A stretch of DNA of 63,156 bases, filler included, from Octopus bimaculoides (Eukaryota), in NCBI RefSeq assembly GCF_001194135.2. It is 5 parts of 5 records of this genome, joined end to end, with 100 filler letters (N's around TTAATTAATTAA, not from the genome) between each part and the next. Parts side by side here need not be neighbours in the genome. Positions count along the whole stretch, not along the records: positions 1 to 26,859 come from NC_069002.1; 4 more parts are not named here. The stretch is one strand, 5' to 3'. Below the pieces are notes generated by a model, which was given only the letters and a program-made list of their open reading frames with translations, was not told the origin of the DNA and did not search any database. The translations under genes were made by a program, and so were the position numbers. How positions within the stretch are numbered: position 1 is the stretch's first letter; every line of letters starts with the position of its first letter. Positions 11,856 to 25,900 of this stretch are shown one piece after another.

Positions 11856-14800
11856 GTACATCACTTTACATCTGCTTTCTATGCTGGTATGGGTTAGATG
11901 GATCACAATGGTTTGAATTAACTAATATTCAGAAGAGCTGCTCATCCAGGTAGATTAGAGGATCTCCTCTCACTTGTGACGTCTTGGCTTGTATACTCTT
12001 CCTAATGCTAATTACCTTACAGAGTATACAGCGTGTTTTTTTGTTTTCAAACCTTCCAATAAAATTTGAAGTTAATTTATGTTGCAAACACCAGATTAAT
12101 AACGGTTTCACATTTTGGTGCAAGGCTAGTAATTCTGGTGGAGAAAATAAGTTAATTTCATTGACCACCCCCTGCTCAACTCGCACTTATTTTAGTGACC
12201 TCAAAAGGATGAAAGGTAAAGTCAATCTGAATGGAATTTGAACTCAGAATGTAATGATGGACAAAAGTTGTGCTATGCATTTTTGCCTTGTGTGTTAATG
12301 ATTCTGTCAGCTTATCACCTACAACACCAGATTAATAATGACAAAGTTATTTTACTAAATACCTCCTTATTTTCGAAATCAATCAAAACAAAGGCAGTTT
12401 ATTATCACAATTATTCTTGTAATTTTTTTCCATTCTTTCTTCCTTCTATTTCAGTCTGCAAGATATTACAAGACAACTTGAAAAATGCAAGGCCCGAGTA
12501 GCTGAACTGTATCTTTTTTCTTTGTGCATTTTCTATTAAATATTAAAAATTTTTCTCTGGAATATTCTTAGTTACTTACTAATTTGCAGGGTTGGGGTTA
12601 TATCAACCCCAGTATGCAACTAGTACTTATTTTATCCATTCTGAAAGTTTGAAAGGCAAAGTCGACTTCAACAGAATTTGAACTCAGATTGAAAAAATGG
12701 ATGAAATGCTGCAAAGCATTTTGTCTGGTGTGCTAGCAATTCTGCCAGCAAGGCTGCAGTCCAATGACTGAAACAAGCGAAAGATAAAAGATGGTATTTG
12801 TAGCATAGATAACCATCTCTTCTCCCCAGGGTTAAATTGGCTTTTGAAAATTATAACCTTCGTTCTCTAGGATATATGGTAAATGTTCAAGACTTATTTT
12901 AAGGAATAAAAAAAGCAGTGTCCTTGATGTCCAAATTATGTGTAATTTCTAATTTAAAAATGAAACAAATCACTAAAATTTCCTAAGTTTCTCAGACAAT
13001 ATGAAAATACAAGTCTGGAAGATGAAGCCACCAAGACACGGACGGAAAGTGTAAGAATTTTGTTGATGTTTCTTTGTAATCAGTTCCATAAACTTTATTC
13101 ATTTGTTAATCTTTTAATAATTATTTTTATCAATTAGTCAGGAAGAAAGGCCCATGATACTTTATAGGGCCTCTGAAACTGGTGAGAGGGAGGGGGGAAA
13201 GGAAGAGGTAAGATATTTTCAAACCGGGGACCTCACCTAGATACTGGCAACAGAGTGGACTCTGATAAAAGTACCCAAGGACTCTGATAAAAGTACCCAA
13301 GGTGGAATTGGTGGTGTTAAATTTAGTCTTCCACCTGTGTCGGCCTAAGGTGGGATTTGAAGTCAGATTGCAAAGATTCAAAGCAAATACCACAAAAGAT
13401 ATTCAGTCTTTCTGACACCCTAATGATTCTGCCAGTCCAACATGTGCCACTGGTAATTTATTTATCAGTTGAGTGGTTTGGGGCATCAGGGACAGGTGAC
13501 ACCTTTGACAAAGGAATGCCACACACTGCTATCACTGCCACTGCCACCACTTCTACTACATCATCATCATCATCATCATCATCATAAATATTTTAATGTA
13601 CATATGAATATCTATTAAATAGTATTGCATAACCGTTTGTGTGTGCATGCAGTGGGGAGGATGCAAAAGGATGCAATATGTCGAATGCAGTGAATATTAT
13701 ACCTCCCCTGTATGTGTGAAAGGGTGAACATTGTAGACCGACCAGGAAAGCTTCTTGCTGTGTTGTCTTTCAGCATGAATACATGAACTACATGGGGAAG
13801 AAGACGGAGCTGAGGCAGAAGACAGTCGTCACTCTGAATGACCACAACAAAGAACTCTTTCGTGCAATTCAAGAAGAACGAAAGCAGATAGAAGAAAAAT
13901 ATGATGGCCGGAAAAAAGGTAATGTTCTAATGTCTCGTAGGTAAAGGTGAGCTTAGACATTTGTATGAGACCGAGAAAAAAGATAGTTTATCAATATCTT
14001 GTAGGTAATAAGTGCAGGCATGGCTATGGGATAAACATTTTGCTTCCTATCCACATGACCACATGGTTCTGGGTTCAGTCTCACTGTGTGGCATCTCTTG
14101 TCAAACGTCTTCTACTATAAGCTTGAGTTGACCAAAGCCTTGTGAAGGGATTTGGCAGACAGAAACTGAACGAAGCCTGTCATATGTATGTATGTATCTT
14201 GTGTAGTTAATCATTTAAATTCTTCCTCTGAAGAAGACTGAGCTGGTTTCTAACAAAGATACAAAGCTCCATCTTTGGAATGTTGATAACAAAAAACAAC
14301 AACACATTTTAAACCTGAGAAAAGTCTTGCAGAGTTTTACTGTTCCGCTTACAGACTGCATTTGTGATGTGTGAATCAGTTGGTTGACTTCTTTTTCTGG
14401 AAATCTAAGCTCATCATTTGACAACCAGTGTTTGTTTGTTTACATTCATGTAACTTAGTGGTTCAGCAAAAGATACCAATAGAGTAAGTGCTGGGGTTGA
14501 TTTTTCAACTAAAATCTTCAAGGCTTCAGGTCTCCAGCAGTCCATATCAATGAATTACAGAAACAATAAATTTATAAGTAAATAATTTGTCATCAACTAC
14601 AGTGTAGAATTTTAATCCTTTAACTTCAAAATTAAATTTTATGGTTATTCTAGTAATCATGTTAACTATCTTCCCGAAAAAATAGAATTGGTATTTTCTG
14701 CAAGTCACATTGCCTCAGTAAACTTGACGTATTTCATCAGAAATTAGTTTCAAACAAGATATTTCTCAACAAAAGATTAGATTGGTCTATAAAATTGCTG

Positions 14801-17800
14801 TCCACAGTTAAGGGTAATGAAATTTTGAGCGGCTACATTGGATTTCTACAGTAAAAGGGTTGAGGCATGTGGAATGGAGAGTCGCTGAAGAGGTGACAGG
14901 CTGTGTGATGAAAGATTTCCAGACAAAGGACACTAAAACAAGAATAATAATTCAGCTGAAGTGAAGACCAAATATATGGTGTATGTGGTAATTGGCAAAA
15001 AATGGTTTGTAGTTTTAAAGGCACGAAATAAAGTTGCTTTTATGTTGAGTTGCAATTGGGAACAACTAGTCGGATCATTCAGTTGTAATCACGTGTTGAC
15101 TCTGCCGATCCCTCGCTAGCTAGGACTACTGCACATGACTTGCTTTGCCTACAGACCCCATAAGAAAGAGGATGACTTGACCTGTCACTTGTGGATGTGA
15201 TGTCATCTCATCCCTTTCTGGTCCCTTTGCATCCTGTTTTTTTGCAACGTCTCTCTTTCTCCCTTCCAGTCAATTACCCTTCCACCACAATATGACCATC
15301 CCCAAATACAGCCAAAAATGAAATTCATTGAGACTAAATTAGTAAATATTGTTTCTTAAATCTATTCTGGTATTTTATCACTTGAAATGTTTAAATGTCC
15401 TTTTTTGCAGATCTTGAAACGGTTCTTTTGGCAAAGAGACATGTTCTTCATCAAACGAAAAAAGAAATGGATGCCCTCCAAGAAAGTAAGGTATTAGAAT
15501 AATTTTACCCATTTCTTTTGAAAATAATAGGTAACAATCTCACTATAAAGGGTTATTTTCTTGGCCTGTTTTCAGTGGGTTTTAACTCTTTTATTGCCAT
15601 ATTCCAAGGCTGTAGTAAAAGACACTTGCCCAAGGTGCTCACACAGTGGAACTGAACCTGAAACCATGTGATTGGGAAGTGATACATTTTTGACTTTTAT
15701 TTATTTCTTTTTTTGGCCCTTGCAAATGCTATTTCAGAATTTATATTTTGCTGTGTTCCAATCCTAGTTTCTCCAAGAGGAACAGTTGAAAAGAATCACT
15801 GAACTTGAAAAGGAAATAATCGAAATCAGAAACCATCATGCATTGAGTGTTGAAGAATTGAAAGAGAAATACATAGATGAGAAAATGAAGTTTCGTATGG
15901 AGGCAGACGAAAAAATCCGTGTGCTTACCAAAGAGGCAAATGAGGTAAGTTCTCACTAATTAAATGGATTACTGATTCTCTAGTTGACAGAGATTCATCA
16001 TCATTGTTGTTCTTGTCACCACCACCAAAATGCCTGTTTAAAAACAAAAAAGTGCTATAGTTGTCAGAAGCTGGGACACAGGAGTTCTCATTGTAGACAA
16101 GACTCAAACACAAAAAGTTCTAAGGTGTTTTCAGTGGAGAGGGATTGCGACAGATAAACAAGAAAATTTGTGCACATAAAAATAAATGATGTGAATATCA
16201 AATTCTGTAAAAGGTATGTGATTAAGTATATTTTCACTCCATCCTACCACCTGAGGTCAAACGGGCTGGTAGAAAGGTTTGTGGACACCTTTAAAAGTGT
16301 GTGAAGAAAAGCGAGGAATTAAGTAATGATGAAGCACTGACAAATTTCTTAAGAGTTTACAGAGTGACCCCCAATCCAAGTAGAAATTCAGGGAAGTCTC
16401 CCTCAGAATTGATGTTCACAAGAAGAATGAAATTCATTTTTGATAAGCTATTACTAGGGGAAAAAAGACATAAAGGAAATACAAAACTAGCAAGATTAAT
16501 GCAGGAGAAAGAAGTCTAGGAGTAGAGAATGATGGTGTCCATCTGCAAACGATGTGGTAGGGAGACAGAGAGGGAAAGTAGAGTGGAGCCAGAAAGAAAG
16601 ATAAAGAAGGTGATGACGAAATGGCAGAATGTAGTCTCAAGGTACAAGAAGGTGAGTAGAAGAGAGTGTAGGCTCAGGAAGGGATGTTGTAAGATTTTGT
16701 GAGGGGAGTCAAAGATGGTTGTTGTTCAGAAATGGTAGCACAGTATAGCACATAGTCTATATTATATCTGTTCAGTGCTTAGTTGTTTTTTTTTATGTTG
16801 TGTTAGATTTATAAACCTTCAAGTTTTGTTTTGTATGTCTGTATGTTTTTCTAATCATTTCCAAAACATTATTATTTATGTGAGGTTAATGCACTGGTTC
16901 TCAACACTGGTTCTCAATATGATCATTGGGGTCCATATAAGATTTCGTCGTTAAAATTTATCTGCAATAAAATGGTTATACTTCTACAATGCATAAAATA
17001 TTAAAAAATTTTTTTTATATAATTTTGAATTATAAAAATATAATAAGATTTTTTTAAACATCAAATGGCCATGAGGATCCAACCAAGTAAAATAAGAATC
17101 GAAGGGGTCTAAAGGTAAAAACTGGGTTAAAAGTATGAAAAAAAAAGGGAGATTCATGGCTATTTTACATTATTATTATAGGGGGCTATGGATTAGTAGT
17201 AGTATCTATAGAGTATCAGGCAAAATGACTGGTGGTATTCGTTCTGGCTTTTTACATTTCTAAGTTCAAATCCTACTGATTCCAACTTTGCCTGTCATCC
17301 TTCCAGGGTCAATGAAATAAAGGATCAGTTAAGATCACTTTAATCCTTTAGCTTTCAGATTATCCTCTCAAGTGTAATACTTATTTGTTCACATTGTTTT
17401 GAATTAATCATGCATTAATCTTGTAGCTTTGACATTTTGTTGATATGGTTGTTCATTTTGATAATGACATTGTAGAGCAGGTATGAAAGATTGGATATGG
17501 CCAGTTTGAACATAAAACTAGTAGAATATTTTGGCTGGATATGGCTGGTTTAAACGTTAAAGGGTTAATCAACTAACCCCCACCCCTTTCTTGTAAATTT
17601 CTGGCCAAAGTTAGAAATCAGTAATATTTAATCTTTTATGTTTTTCAATGCAGGAAGCCAGGAAGCATTTGGTTCAATATGCTGAGATGATAAAGAATGA
17701 AAACAGATCTTTGAGGAGACAACTTAAATCTTTGATTGTAAGCAACCGTGCACTTCTGGATCATCGGCAGCGACTGGAAGAACAACATAAGACACTTGCT

Positions 17801-17956
17801 TGGAAATTACAATATGCTGAAGACATGAAGTCTTTACATAGAAGACGTTTAAACAAAGCCTCTTATCTCAACAATGACTCCACTAGCATTCTGGATGACT
17901 TGGTGAATTCTAAAAGTATAGCTCTGAAGAAACTTTATGCTGAAACAAATCCTTGA
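9950..17956 (+). CDS. CCDC166: CCDC166-like (DUF4515 family) coiled-coil protein, 7 coding exons, 304 aa
   Basis: Exons 9950-10050, 12455-12508, 12996-13050, 13774-13918, 15411-15490, 15768-15944 and 17654-17956 total 915 nt, GT-AG with consistent phases (2,2,0,1,0,0). Basic start MPPKKKKQKKK, then heptad-rich segments HEYMNYMGKKTELRQKTVVTLNDHN, LQEEQLKRITELEKEIIEIRNHH and EARKHLVQYAEMIKNENRSLRRQL that recall CCDC166. The exon 1 and 2 donors (gtgtgt, gtatct) are weak. Family call from recalled similarity; CCDC121 is a related alternative. Confidence 0.82.
14015..14195 (+). mobile_element. tRNA-derived SINE, second family
   Basis: GCAGGCATGGCTATGGG...GGGTTCAGTCTCACTG...ACCAAAGCCTTGTGA..GATTTGGCAGACAGAAACTGAA..AAGCC followed by a (TATG)n tail. 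Related pieces at ~7852-7990, 10480-10760(-), 18905-19090, 28760-28830 and 34070-34107. Confidence 0.75.
16040..16800 (+). mobile_element. Gypsy/Ty3 LTR-retrotransposon remnant in CCDC166-like intron 6
   Basis: Gag zinc knuckle CYSCQKLGHRSSHC (~16052-16093) and integrase C-terminus YHLRSNGLVERFVDTFK...FLRVYRVTPN..SGKSPSELMF. Confidence 0.8.
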
Positions 17957-20089
17957 TATCTTTGGCTTTATTTCAAGCTTCCATGTATATAACTTTACTG
18001 TTTCTCCACTTAAAATGTCATTAATGGTAGATTGAGACAGCTTTTTTTAGTGACTGCATTCTAAGGCAACTTTAGTTTTAACATGGTTTATTTCATGGAG
18101 ATTCTCAACTTTGTTCTACCAAACAGTAAATTATCAGGATCACAATTGAGTGTGCTTTGTTTATTTTTGAAATTTCATCATTCTATTGTATACCACCATG
18201 TCTACAAGAGTTAACTCTTTCATCTAGCACAGTGATTTCCAACCATTTTTTATCTATGGACTTCTGTGATTTCTATTTACATCGACCCTAGTACTCAACT
18301 GGTACTTATTTTATTGATCCCGAAAGGATTAAGAGCAAAGCTGATCTTGGCAGAATTTGAACTCAGCACATGTAAATGCCATTAATCATTTTGCCTGATG
18401 TGCTAATGATTCTGCCATCTTGCCTTTTATATATGTATGTATGTATGTACACATACACACACATACACATACACACACACACATACACACGTGTGTGTGT
18501 AAGAGAGAAAAATCTTATGTTTGTATGAGTGTAGGTGTGCATGTCTCACTTAATTCTTAATCCATTCAGTTCTGGAACCAACAAGTAATTAAATGTAACT
18601 GACTGGATTATAGCTACACCAAGAGAAACTACCGAGTGATATCAGATTTTATAGATTTAGCTCTGAGATTACATTTACCAGCTGTGGCACTGTTACATTA
18701 TATGTTAACATGGTTCTCCCTGCTATAAAAACACGATAAATTCAGAATGAAAACAATTAAAAAATATGTAATAGTTTTGTGAGCATGGCCCACAGTAGCC
18801 GTTGAAAAGCCTCTAAGGCCAGGAAAATCCTTGAAGCAGCTGAGAAATATTCTTTAGTCTGTAATTGCATTATTCATTGAACTGGCATGAATTGGCGGGA
18901 ATTGGTGTGAATTGGCATGGCTGTGGGGTTAAGAAGTTTCTGTCCCGTCTATGTTGTCTTGAGTTCCGTCCCAATGTGTGGCATGTTAGGCAGATGTTTT
19001 CTACCACAACTCCGGGCTGGCCAAAGCCTTGTGAGTGGATTTGGTAGACGAAAACTGAAAGAAGCCCACTATGTATGTATGTAAGCATGCATGTATGTGT
19101 GTGTGTGTGTGTGGGTTTGTGTGCACATCTATGCGTGTGTGTTTTGTGTTTTCCCTCACCATTGCTTCTATATTATAATAGAGAAAGCTGCTTATTAATT
19201 AATTATGTAACAGTTACTAAAACAAAGCAATTATTAAAGGTTTGACTGTCTGGAAAGTTTTTTATAAATTCATGTTCCAAGAAATTTCCTGTAATTTTGA
19301 TTTCTGAAGCTTACTGAATATTTGAATGACAAGTTTTTCACAAAATTTGAATATTCATTGTCTTATTTTTGTTTTCATTGGTGTTTTCAATTTTTTTGAC
19401 TGCTTTTGTTTTTCATTTGGCTTTTTGTTGTTGTTGTTGTTGTTGTGGTTGTCCTTACTTTGATTGGTATTGGTGGGATAGTAGTGATGTGGATGGTAGG
19501 AATGGTGGGACGTCATTATGGAAACAGATGTTCCAATCTCTGGTTTAACATCTTTGGCAATTTGCCAAACAATTTGACACTTTTATTTTTGTTTAATGTG
19601 TAGATTTTTAGAAAATAAAAACAATACAAAGAAACATTGAATAAATAACTTACAAACATCATCTGATCCTGGGACATATAAGTTCTACAAGAAACGTGGG
19701 GAGGTGAAGGGCCTTATACAATATATAAATAGATAAGTTAAAATTTGTCAAGTACTGGGCCCACAGCAAATAAAATAATTAAAACGAAATTAAACACGAA
19801 AGCTGTTGTGGTTCACATCTCTACGATAAGTGCAAAAGATTGTTTTAATTGGTGTGTTATGTGTATTGGGAAGGACATTGTCACTGCGAGAACGATTGCT
19901 GCCTGTGTGTGGTTAATTATATTTCTACATCCAATCGATGTATACAGCGAGTTTCTTTGCCCTAAGCAACAGGAAGACACTCGGCAAAGAAATGGAAAGA
20001 TAATTGAAGGAAAAAGAACTACTACTACTACTACTACTACTAGTAACAACAACAACAACGACAACAACAATAATAATAATAATAATGAT

Positions 20090-20375
20090 TTCTTTTATTT
20101 GCTACCAGGGCGAAGGATGAGGGGGCGCAATACAAAGACAGACAAAGGGTGTGTGTGTGTGCTTTTTCCAACTTCTTTCCTCCGACTCACAGGTCTACAC
20201 TGAGAGTGCTATCATCCACTCTTGCCATTTTCACAACTTTCATCTGCCTTTTGATAAATTCACTCGAGGACAGCTCCTCCCTCACTTTCCTTTTCAAGTG
20301 AAACTTGAAAAACATCGATGAGGGCTTTACCAAAGAGGAATGTCTTTGTCCTCGTTCCTTTCAGCCTCTTTTGCC
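20090..20375 (-). mobile_element. 3' fragment of a Tx1/L1-like LINE
   Basis: The reverse complement matches 60230-60300 (GACATTCCTCTT..GTTTCACTTGAAAAG). The 3' end abuts an (AAT)n run. Confidence 0.75.
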
Positions 20376-20609
20376 ACAGCCATAGAATCATTAGTACGAT
20401 GGGCGGCAAAACGCTTAGCGGCATTTCGTCCGTTTTTACGTTCTGAGTTAAAATTCCACCAAGGTGGACTTTGCCTTTCATCCTTTCAGGGTCAATAAAT
20501 TAGGTACCAGTCAAGTAGTGGGGTCAATGTGATTGACTTACCTCTTCCCCACAAATTTCAGGCCTTTTGCCTATTGTAGAAAGGATTATCATCATCATCA
20601 TCATCATCA

Positions 20610-21149
20610 TCATTGAATGAGAGAGTAGTGCATGCCAGCAAAGTGACACGGGGGTAAAATATACAAAGCCCAATATACCCATCATGACTGGCCGTCTGAT
20701 AAGGCCCATGCATCACAACCATATGTGTGCAATATGGTGGTCTCATATCAAGATAAACAGCACATGACCTTGCAGGTGGGGCCCAGTTAGAATTTACTTC
20801 AGGTCGAGTAGCCCATCCTGCTCAAAGGGTCCTTGAATAAGGTTTGCTTAAGGATGTTGAATGAAACACCCATGTTTCTTGAGGTGAATTATCCAAACCC
20901 CAAAGAATTCCTCTCAACACATGGCTATGATGCTCCCCCACTGCTTCTGCTCGTGATCAGAGATGCACATATCGTCAGCCACCAAGGGACATGCTCATCT
21001 GGTTAAGGTCAAACAACTGACAAACAAATCTGTGGTATTGAGCAGAATATTTGCTGTAGCTCATCTTTTTATACCAATGTACATGATAACACTTCCAATC
21101 AATTCAGATCAGAAGCCATGAGAGCCACAGCCTGGTGCTGCATCAGGGA

Positions 21150-21150
<1 letters not shown>
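20610..21150 (-). mobile_element. ~550-bp interspersed repeat bounded by trinucleotide runs (three copies)
   Basis: Homologous full copies at 34740-35295(+) and 44160-44700(+) share GATGGGCTACAGCAAATATTC, GTTGAGAGGAATTCTTTGG and GTACCCTTATCAGA. Class not determined. Confidence 0.8.
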
Positions 21151-21183
<33 letters not shown>

Positions 21184-22167
21184 TCATATATGCGTAAGAA
21201 GAATTTCCTACCACTAGGCTACAAGTAACAGATGCCAAGAACCTTCCTAAGTATCCCAGCTGACTCTAATAATACTTTTTTTCTGGAGCTGCACTGCTCC
21301 CTTTATCCATCTGTTCAAATCTTTTGGGATAGTTCCTGATGCACCCTATAACTACTGGGTTACATTTTACCCGCACTTTCTTCCATAGCCTCTATAATTT
21401 AATGGCTGGGGCCTGGTACTTTGCTATTTCCTTTATCATACCTCTTATATTGACCTTCTTCTTCTTCTTCTTCTTCTTCTTCTTCTTCTTCTTCTTCTTC
21501 TTCTTCTTCTTCTTCTTCTTCTTCTTCTTCTTCTTCTTCTTCTTCTTCTTCTTCTTCTTCNNNNNNNNNNNNNNNNNNNNNNNNNNNNNNNNNNNNNNNN
21601 NNNNNNNNNNNNNNNNNNNNNNNNNNNNNNNNNNNNNNNNNNNNNNNNNNNNNNNNNNNNNNNNNNNNNNNNNNNNNNNNNNNNNNNNNNNNNNNNNNNN
21701 NNNNNNNNNNNNNNNNNNNNNNNNNNNNNNNNNNNNNNNNNNNNNNNNNNNNNNNNNNNNNNNNNNNNNNNNNNNNNNNNNNNNNNNNNNNNNNNNNNNN
21801 NNNNNNNNNNNNNNNNNNNNNNNNNNNNNNNNNNNNNNNNNNNNNNNNNNNNNNNNNNNNNNNNNNNNNNNNNNNNNNNNNNNNNNNNNNNNNNNNNNNN
21901 NNNNNNNNNNNNNNNNNNNNNNNNNNNNNNNNNNNNNNNNNNNNNNNNNNNNNNNNNNNNNNNNNNNNNNNNNNNNNNNNNNNNNNNNNNNNNNNNNNNN
22001 NNNNNNNNNNNNNTTATATAAAGCTCATCAGCTGACTCCAGCTTTTCATCAGAAAAATATACAGAAGACTTCAGATACACATATCGTTATAAACACATCT
22101 TAAAATAATGACTGACTATAAAAAGTAAGTAATGTTTAAATTATTCTCTATGGTTGTATGTGGACCA

Positions 22168-22209
<42 letters not shown>

Positions 22210-22211
<2 letters not shown>

Positions 22212-22625
22212 CCTTTCTTTATTAGCCACAAGGGCCGACAAAAATAAGATTAGACATTATAAAACATGAAGAGCAAAGTGGAGTTACATAGAGTGTCGTG
22301 TAAAAAGTCAATGACAATGAAAGATATAACAAAGAAAATTCCTAAAATAGGCAAGCAACACTGGACTACTCATGGAGACCCCACGAAAAATCCACAAGCG
22401 CCACGACCACAACCCTCTCCCCACCTATCTTTCTCTCTCTCAGCCTTGGAAACTCAAAAGCACATGCTCACTTTCCTTTTCAGAAAAGTTGATGAAGGGT
22501 AGGCCAAAGAGAAAAGGATTTGTCTTCAGCCCTTTCAGTCCAAACTACCACACAACCTCTTTCACTACGGCCATGGAGCAGATGAAAATTGCCTTCCCTT
22601 ACTGACCAAAGGAAGGGAAATCTTC
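22210..22625 (-). mobile_element. 3' fragment of a Tx1/L1-like LINE
   Basis: The reverse complement resembles 60160-60300 (GAAAGAGGTTG..GGACTGAAAGG..GAAAAGGAAAGTGAG). Adjacent to (AAT)n. Confidence 0.7.
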
Positions 22626-22956
22626 ATGATGGAATCAGCCGACACATAAATTCATATATCAGATATGCTCGGGTACTGGATGAGTGGATGCAGAAAGACG
22701 GCGAGCTGGCAGAAGCGTTAGCACACCGGGCGAAATCTGTCTTTACGTTCTGAGTTCAAATTACGCCGAGGTCGACTTAGCCTTTCATTCTCTGTGTTTG
22801 TAAAATTATGAAAGTACTTGTACATGTATTTGCATACATATGTGTATATATGCATGTGCACACACATACACAGACACACACACATGCGCATGCACACATA
22901 CATCTGTATATACTGATATTTGATTTTTTCCCATTTCCAGTTTCAACAAGTGCACA

Positions 22957-25900
22957 ATGAAGATTATCCTTGGTGTCTACTTCTGTGCTCTTTCATACGC
23001 AATGTCCCTTAACAAGGGTAGGTACTCGCTATACACAATACTCTATAGTAAACAAATGGAAGAAGAGTTGAGGGAGAAGATGAAGGAGAAATGAAGAGAA
23101 CTGATTGGCATTGTCTTTGTTCTTTTTCTATGAAGACAACTCAATTCAGAGGAAGACTGTCGGTGCAGCAGATTACCCCTCCCCCATTCAGATTACCTCT
23201 TGGTGACTTGAAATAGTGTTCAGATTAGGATGAAATAGATTTCAAATTACCCCAGCTTAGCGAGGAAGGGAATTTTGGACATCCTGCCAGATTAAAAACA
23301 AAATCAGACAGGGATTCGTGGCCATGTGATTGGTTGGCTAAAATTTACCCTCAAACAACCCCCAGTCTTTGTTCCATAGGCATGCTGCTTCCTCTCACTG
23401 TTTTTCTCACTGCTACTATTAGGGACTCTGTTCCTAAAGCTAGCTGTTCCCATGCAACCCACACTTAGAATGTTTGGCCTTGGGAACTCTTTCTCTGCTC
23501 ATGTTTTTTCAGCAATAGTTTAAACAGAATATTAACTGTATGAACCTCATCGATCCAAAAGGTCTATGAAAGCTATGGGCACTATACTTTTCTCAAGACC
23601 CAGCAAGTTAATATATATATATATATATATATATAAAAACAGGGGTTTATCTTTATTTGTGAATTTCCACAGGTTTGCCTATAACTCATGATTATTCATA
23701 ATTTTTGTATCTCCTAATCATTGAAATTAAATATATTCTGTTATAAGATTTCATCCATTGGGATCATCATATCGCCTTCAGGAAATATGAAATATATCTT
23801 CCAACTGTGACCATTCTGTCTGCATTTTACGAGCAAGAAATATATTATGTATTGGTCATTAGAATATCCGCCGAGTGTACTTGCTTAATTTACATATTCT
23901 TAGGCACGACTTCGTTAAAACGAATTGTAATTCTTGGATATAATTTTTTATCTCATTTCCAGATGCCGCTACAGTTGATAATTCACTACAAGTTGCAAAC
24001 ACAGGTTTGGAAGAAAGGTAAAATTATATACTTACAATTGCTTTAGATGTGTATTGCTCAAATAATTATTCTGAAACTTTTGTTAAATTTTACTGTTGTA
24101 TGCACATTTTATTTTCATGTGTGCAGCACATACCGTACCTCTTGTCATAAAAGTAAAAAAAAAAGAAAAATGGGTGGATTAACTTATATGCCAAGACGAT
24201 TTTGGAGGACCAAAAATTGCCTGTGAAATAGACAAATAGACATTACTCTATATACTTTTATATATNNNNNNNNNNNNNNNNNNNNNNNNNNNNNNNNNNN
24301 NNNNNNNNNNNNNNNNNNNNNNNNNNNNNNNNNNNNNNNNNNNNNNNNNNNNNNNNNNNNNNNNNNNNNNNNNNNNNNNNNNNNNNNNNNNNNNNNNNNN
24401 NNNNNNNNNNNNNNNNNNNNNNNNATAAGCAGAGGCACCCAGCGTTGTCCAGGAATGAAATTATTCCTTATATATTGGAAGAAAAAAGCAAAATATGTTG
24501 TATAGAAATTTGTTTTTCTAAATTCAATTTATTCTTCAATTGGAAAATCAATTCTGGATTCATAACACAAAAATAATAATAATGATGATAATAAAAAACG
24601 AAAAATTCGATCCTATGCACAGTGTTGTGGAAAAAGTTTAGGTTCATGTTCATTCACAAATGCAGCCAAGTTGGTGATGTCATAATTTGTCTCTTTTGCT
24701 ATGTCTCTTGAAGTTAAATCACTAATTTAACAGTTTGTTTTTGGCAGTCCAGAGCCAGACTCTTGCAAATTTTTGCCTCCCATGGCCAAAACTTGATCCT
24801 CAATTTCAATTAGGGCTTAGTTAAAAATTGATTCAGATGATTAAATATTGATATCTGGGTTTGCCTGTTGAACTGCATACTTTAAGTCCTCAACCATATC
24901 CTCTTGATGTTTCATCCAAAGCTGTAGGGGACTGCTAAGTTGACACATGTTCAGTCGAATTGCAAAACGGTTACAGAATTCTCTTTGAGAATCTGATACT
25001 GATGCTTCAGTCAATGCAAGGTCCCAATACCCATCATTTTGTAGAAAGACCTTGTTGATAGCATGCTTCCCTATAAGTTTCACACACATGACCATTTACC
25101 CTCCTCGAATCTTGGAATGATTTGGGACCATGTACTTCATGCAAAAGGAGCCATAAGTAGTAGCATTCTGCTTGGCTTGGGGGGTGGGGGCACACTAAAC
25201 TCTTGCAAGAACGTCAGCCTGTTTCCTCTTATGCCATTTATTGTTTCCCCAGGTGTAATACTTGGGTAATTGTGGGTAAAGGAGTTTTCTTGCATGTTCA
25301 TCTACTTGACACAACTTAAAAAGCCAGTAAAGGTAGTTTCTTTTGGAGAAAGTGCTTGTTGCAAGGCTGTTGGCTTTGTAAAGATAACCCTGTGGCCATA
25401 CTCTAGATGGACACTCAATGAACGATTGCTGGGTGCCTCTCATGAATGGGAAAATTGAAGATGCACGAAAAAGTCTCATGTCTGATGTGAATATCTTTCT
25501 GAAAATCAAAGAGAAAGAAGACAACTACAGACAACTGTTTTGAAACCTCTAGCTTCTACGTCTGGATTACAAATTTACATTTATACAAATAATAATTGGT
25601 TCACTTGATTTTCTAAGTAAATAACGAATTGTCAGTTTGGATAAGTCTGGATTTTCAGAAAAGAAAATCAACCGACTCACACATTATAAATACAATCTGA
25701 AAGCGGAAAAGTAAAACTTTGCAAGACTTTTCTCGGGTTTAAAATATGACGTTGCTTTCGTTATCTGCATTCCAAAGATGGAGCTTTGTATCTTCGTCAG
25801 AAAGTAGTTCCTTCTTCAAAGAAAGAATTTATAGAACTAAAAACAAAAGATAACATACTTGCATAATACATACATACATACATACATACATACATACATA

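Noticed and set aside
13257-13300. 22-bp exact tandem duplication; also short tandem units at ~36856-36953
   Set aside because: Only two to three units without spacers; ordinary slippage repeats, not a CRISPR-like array.
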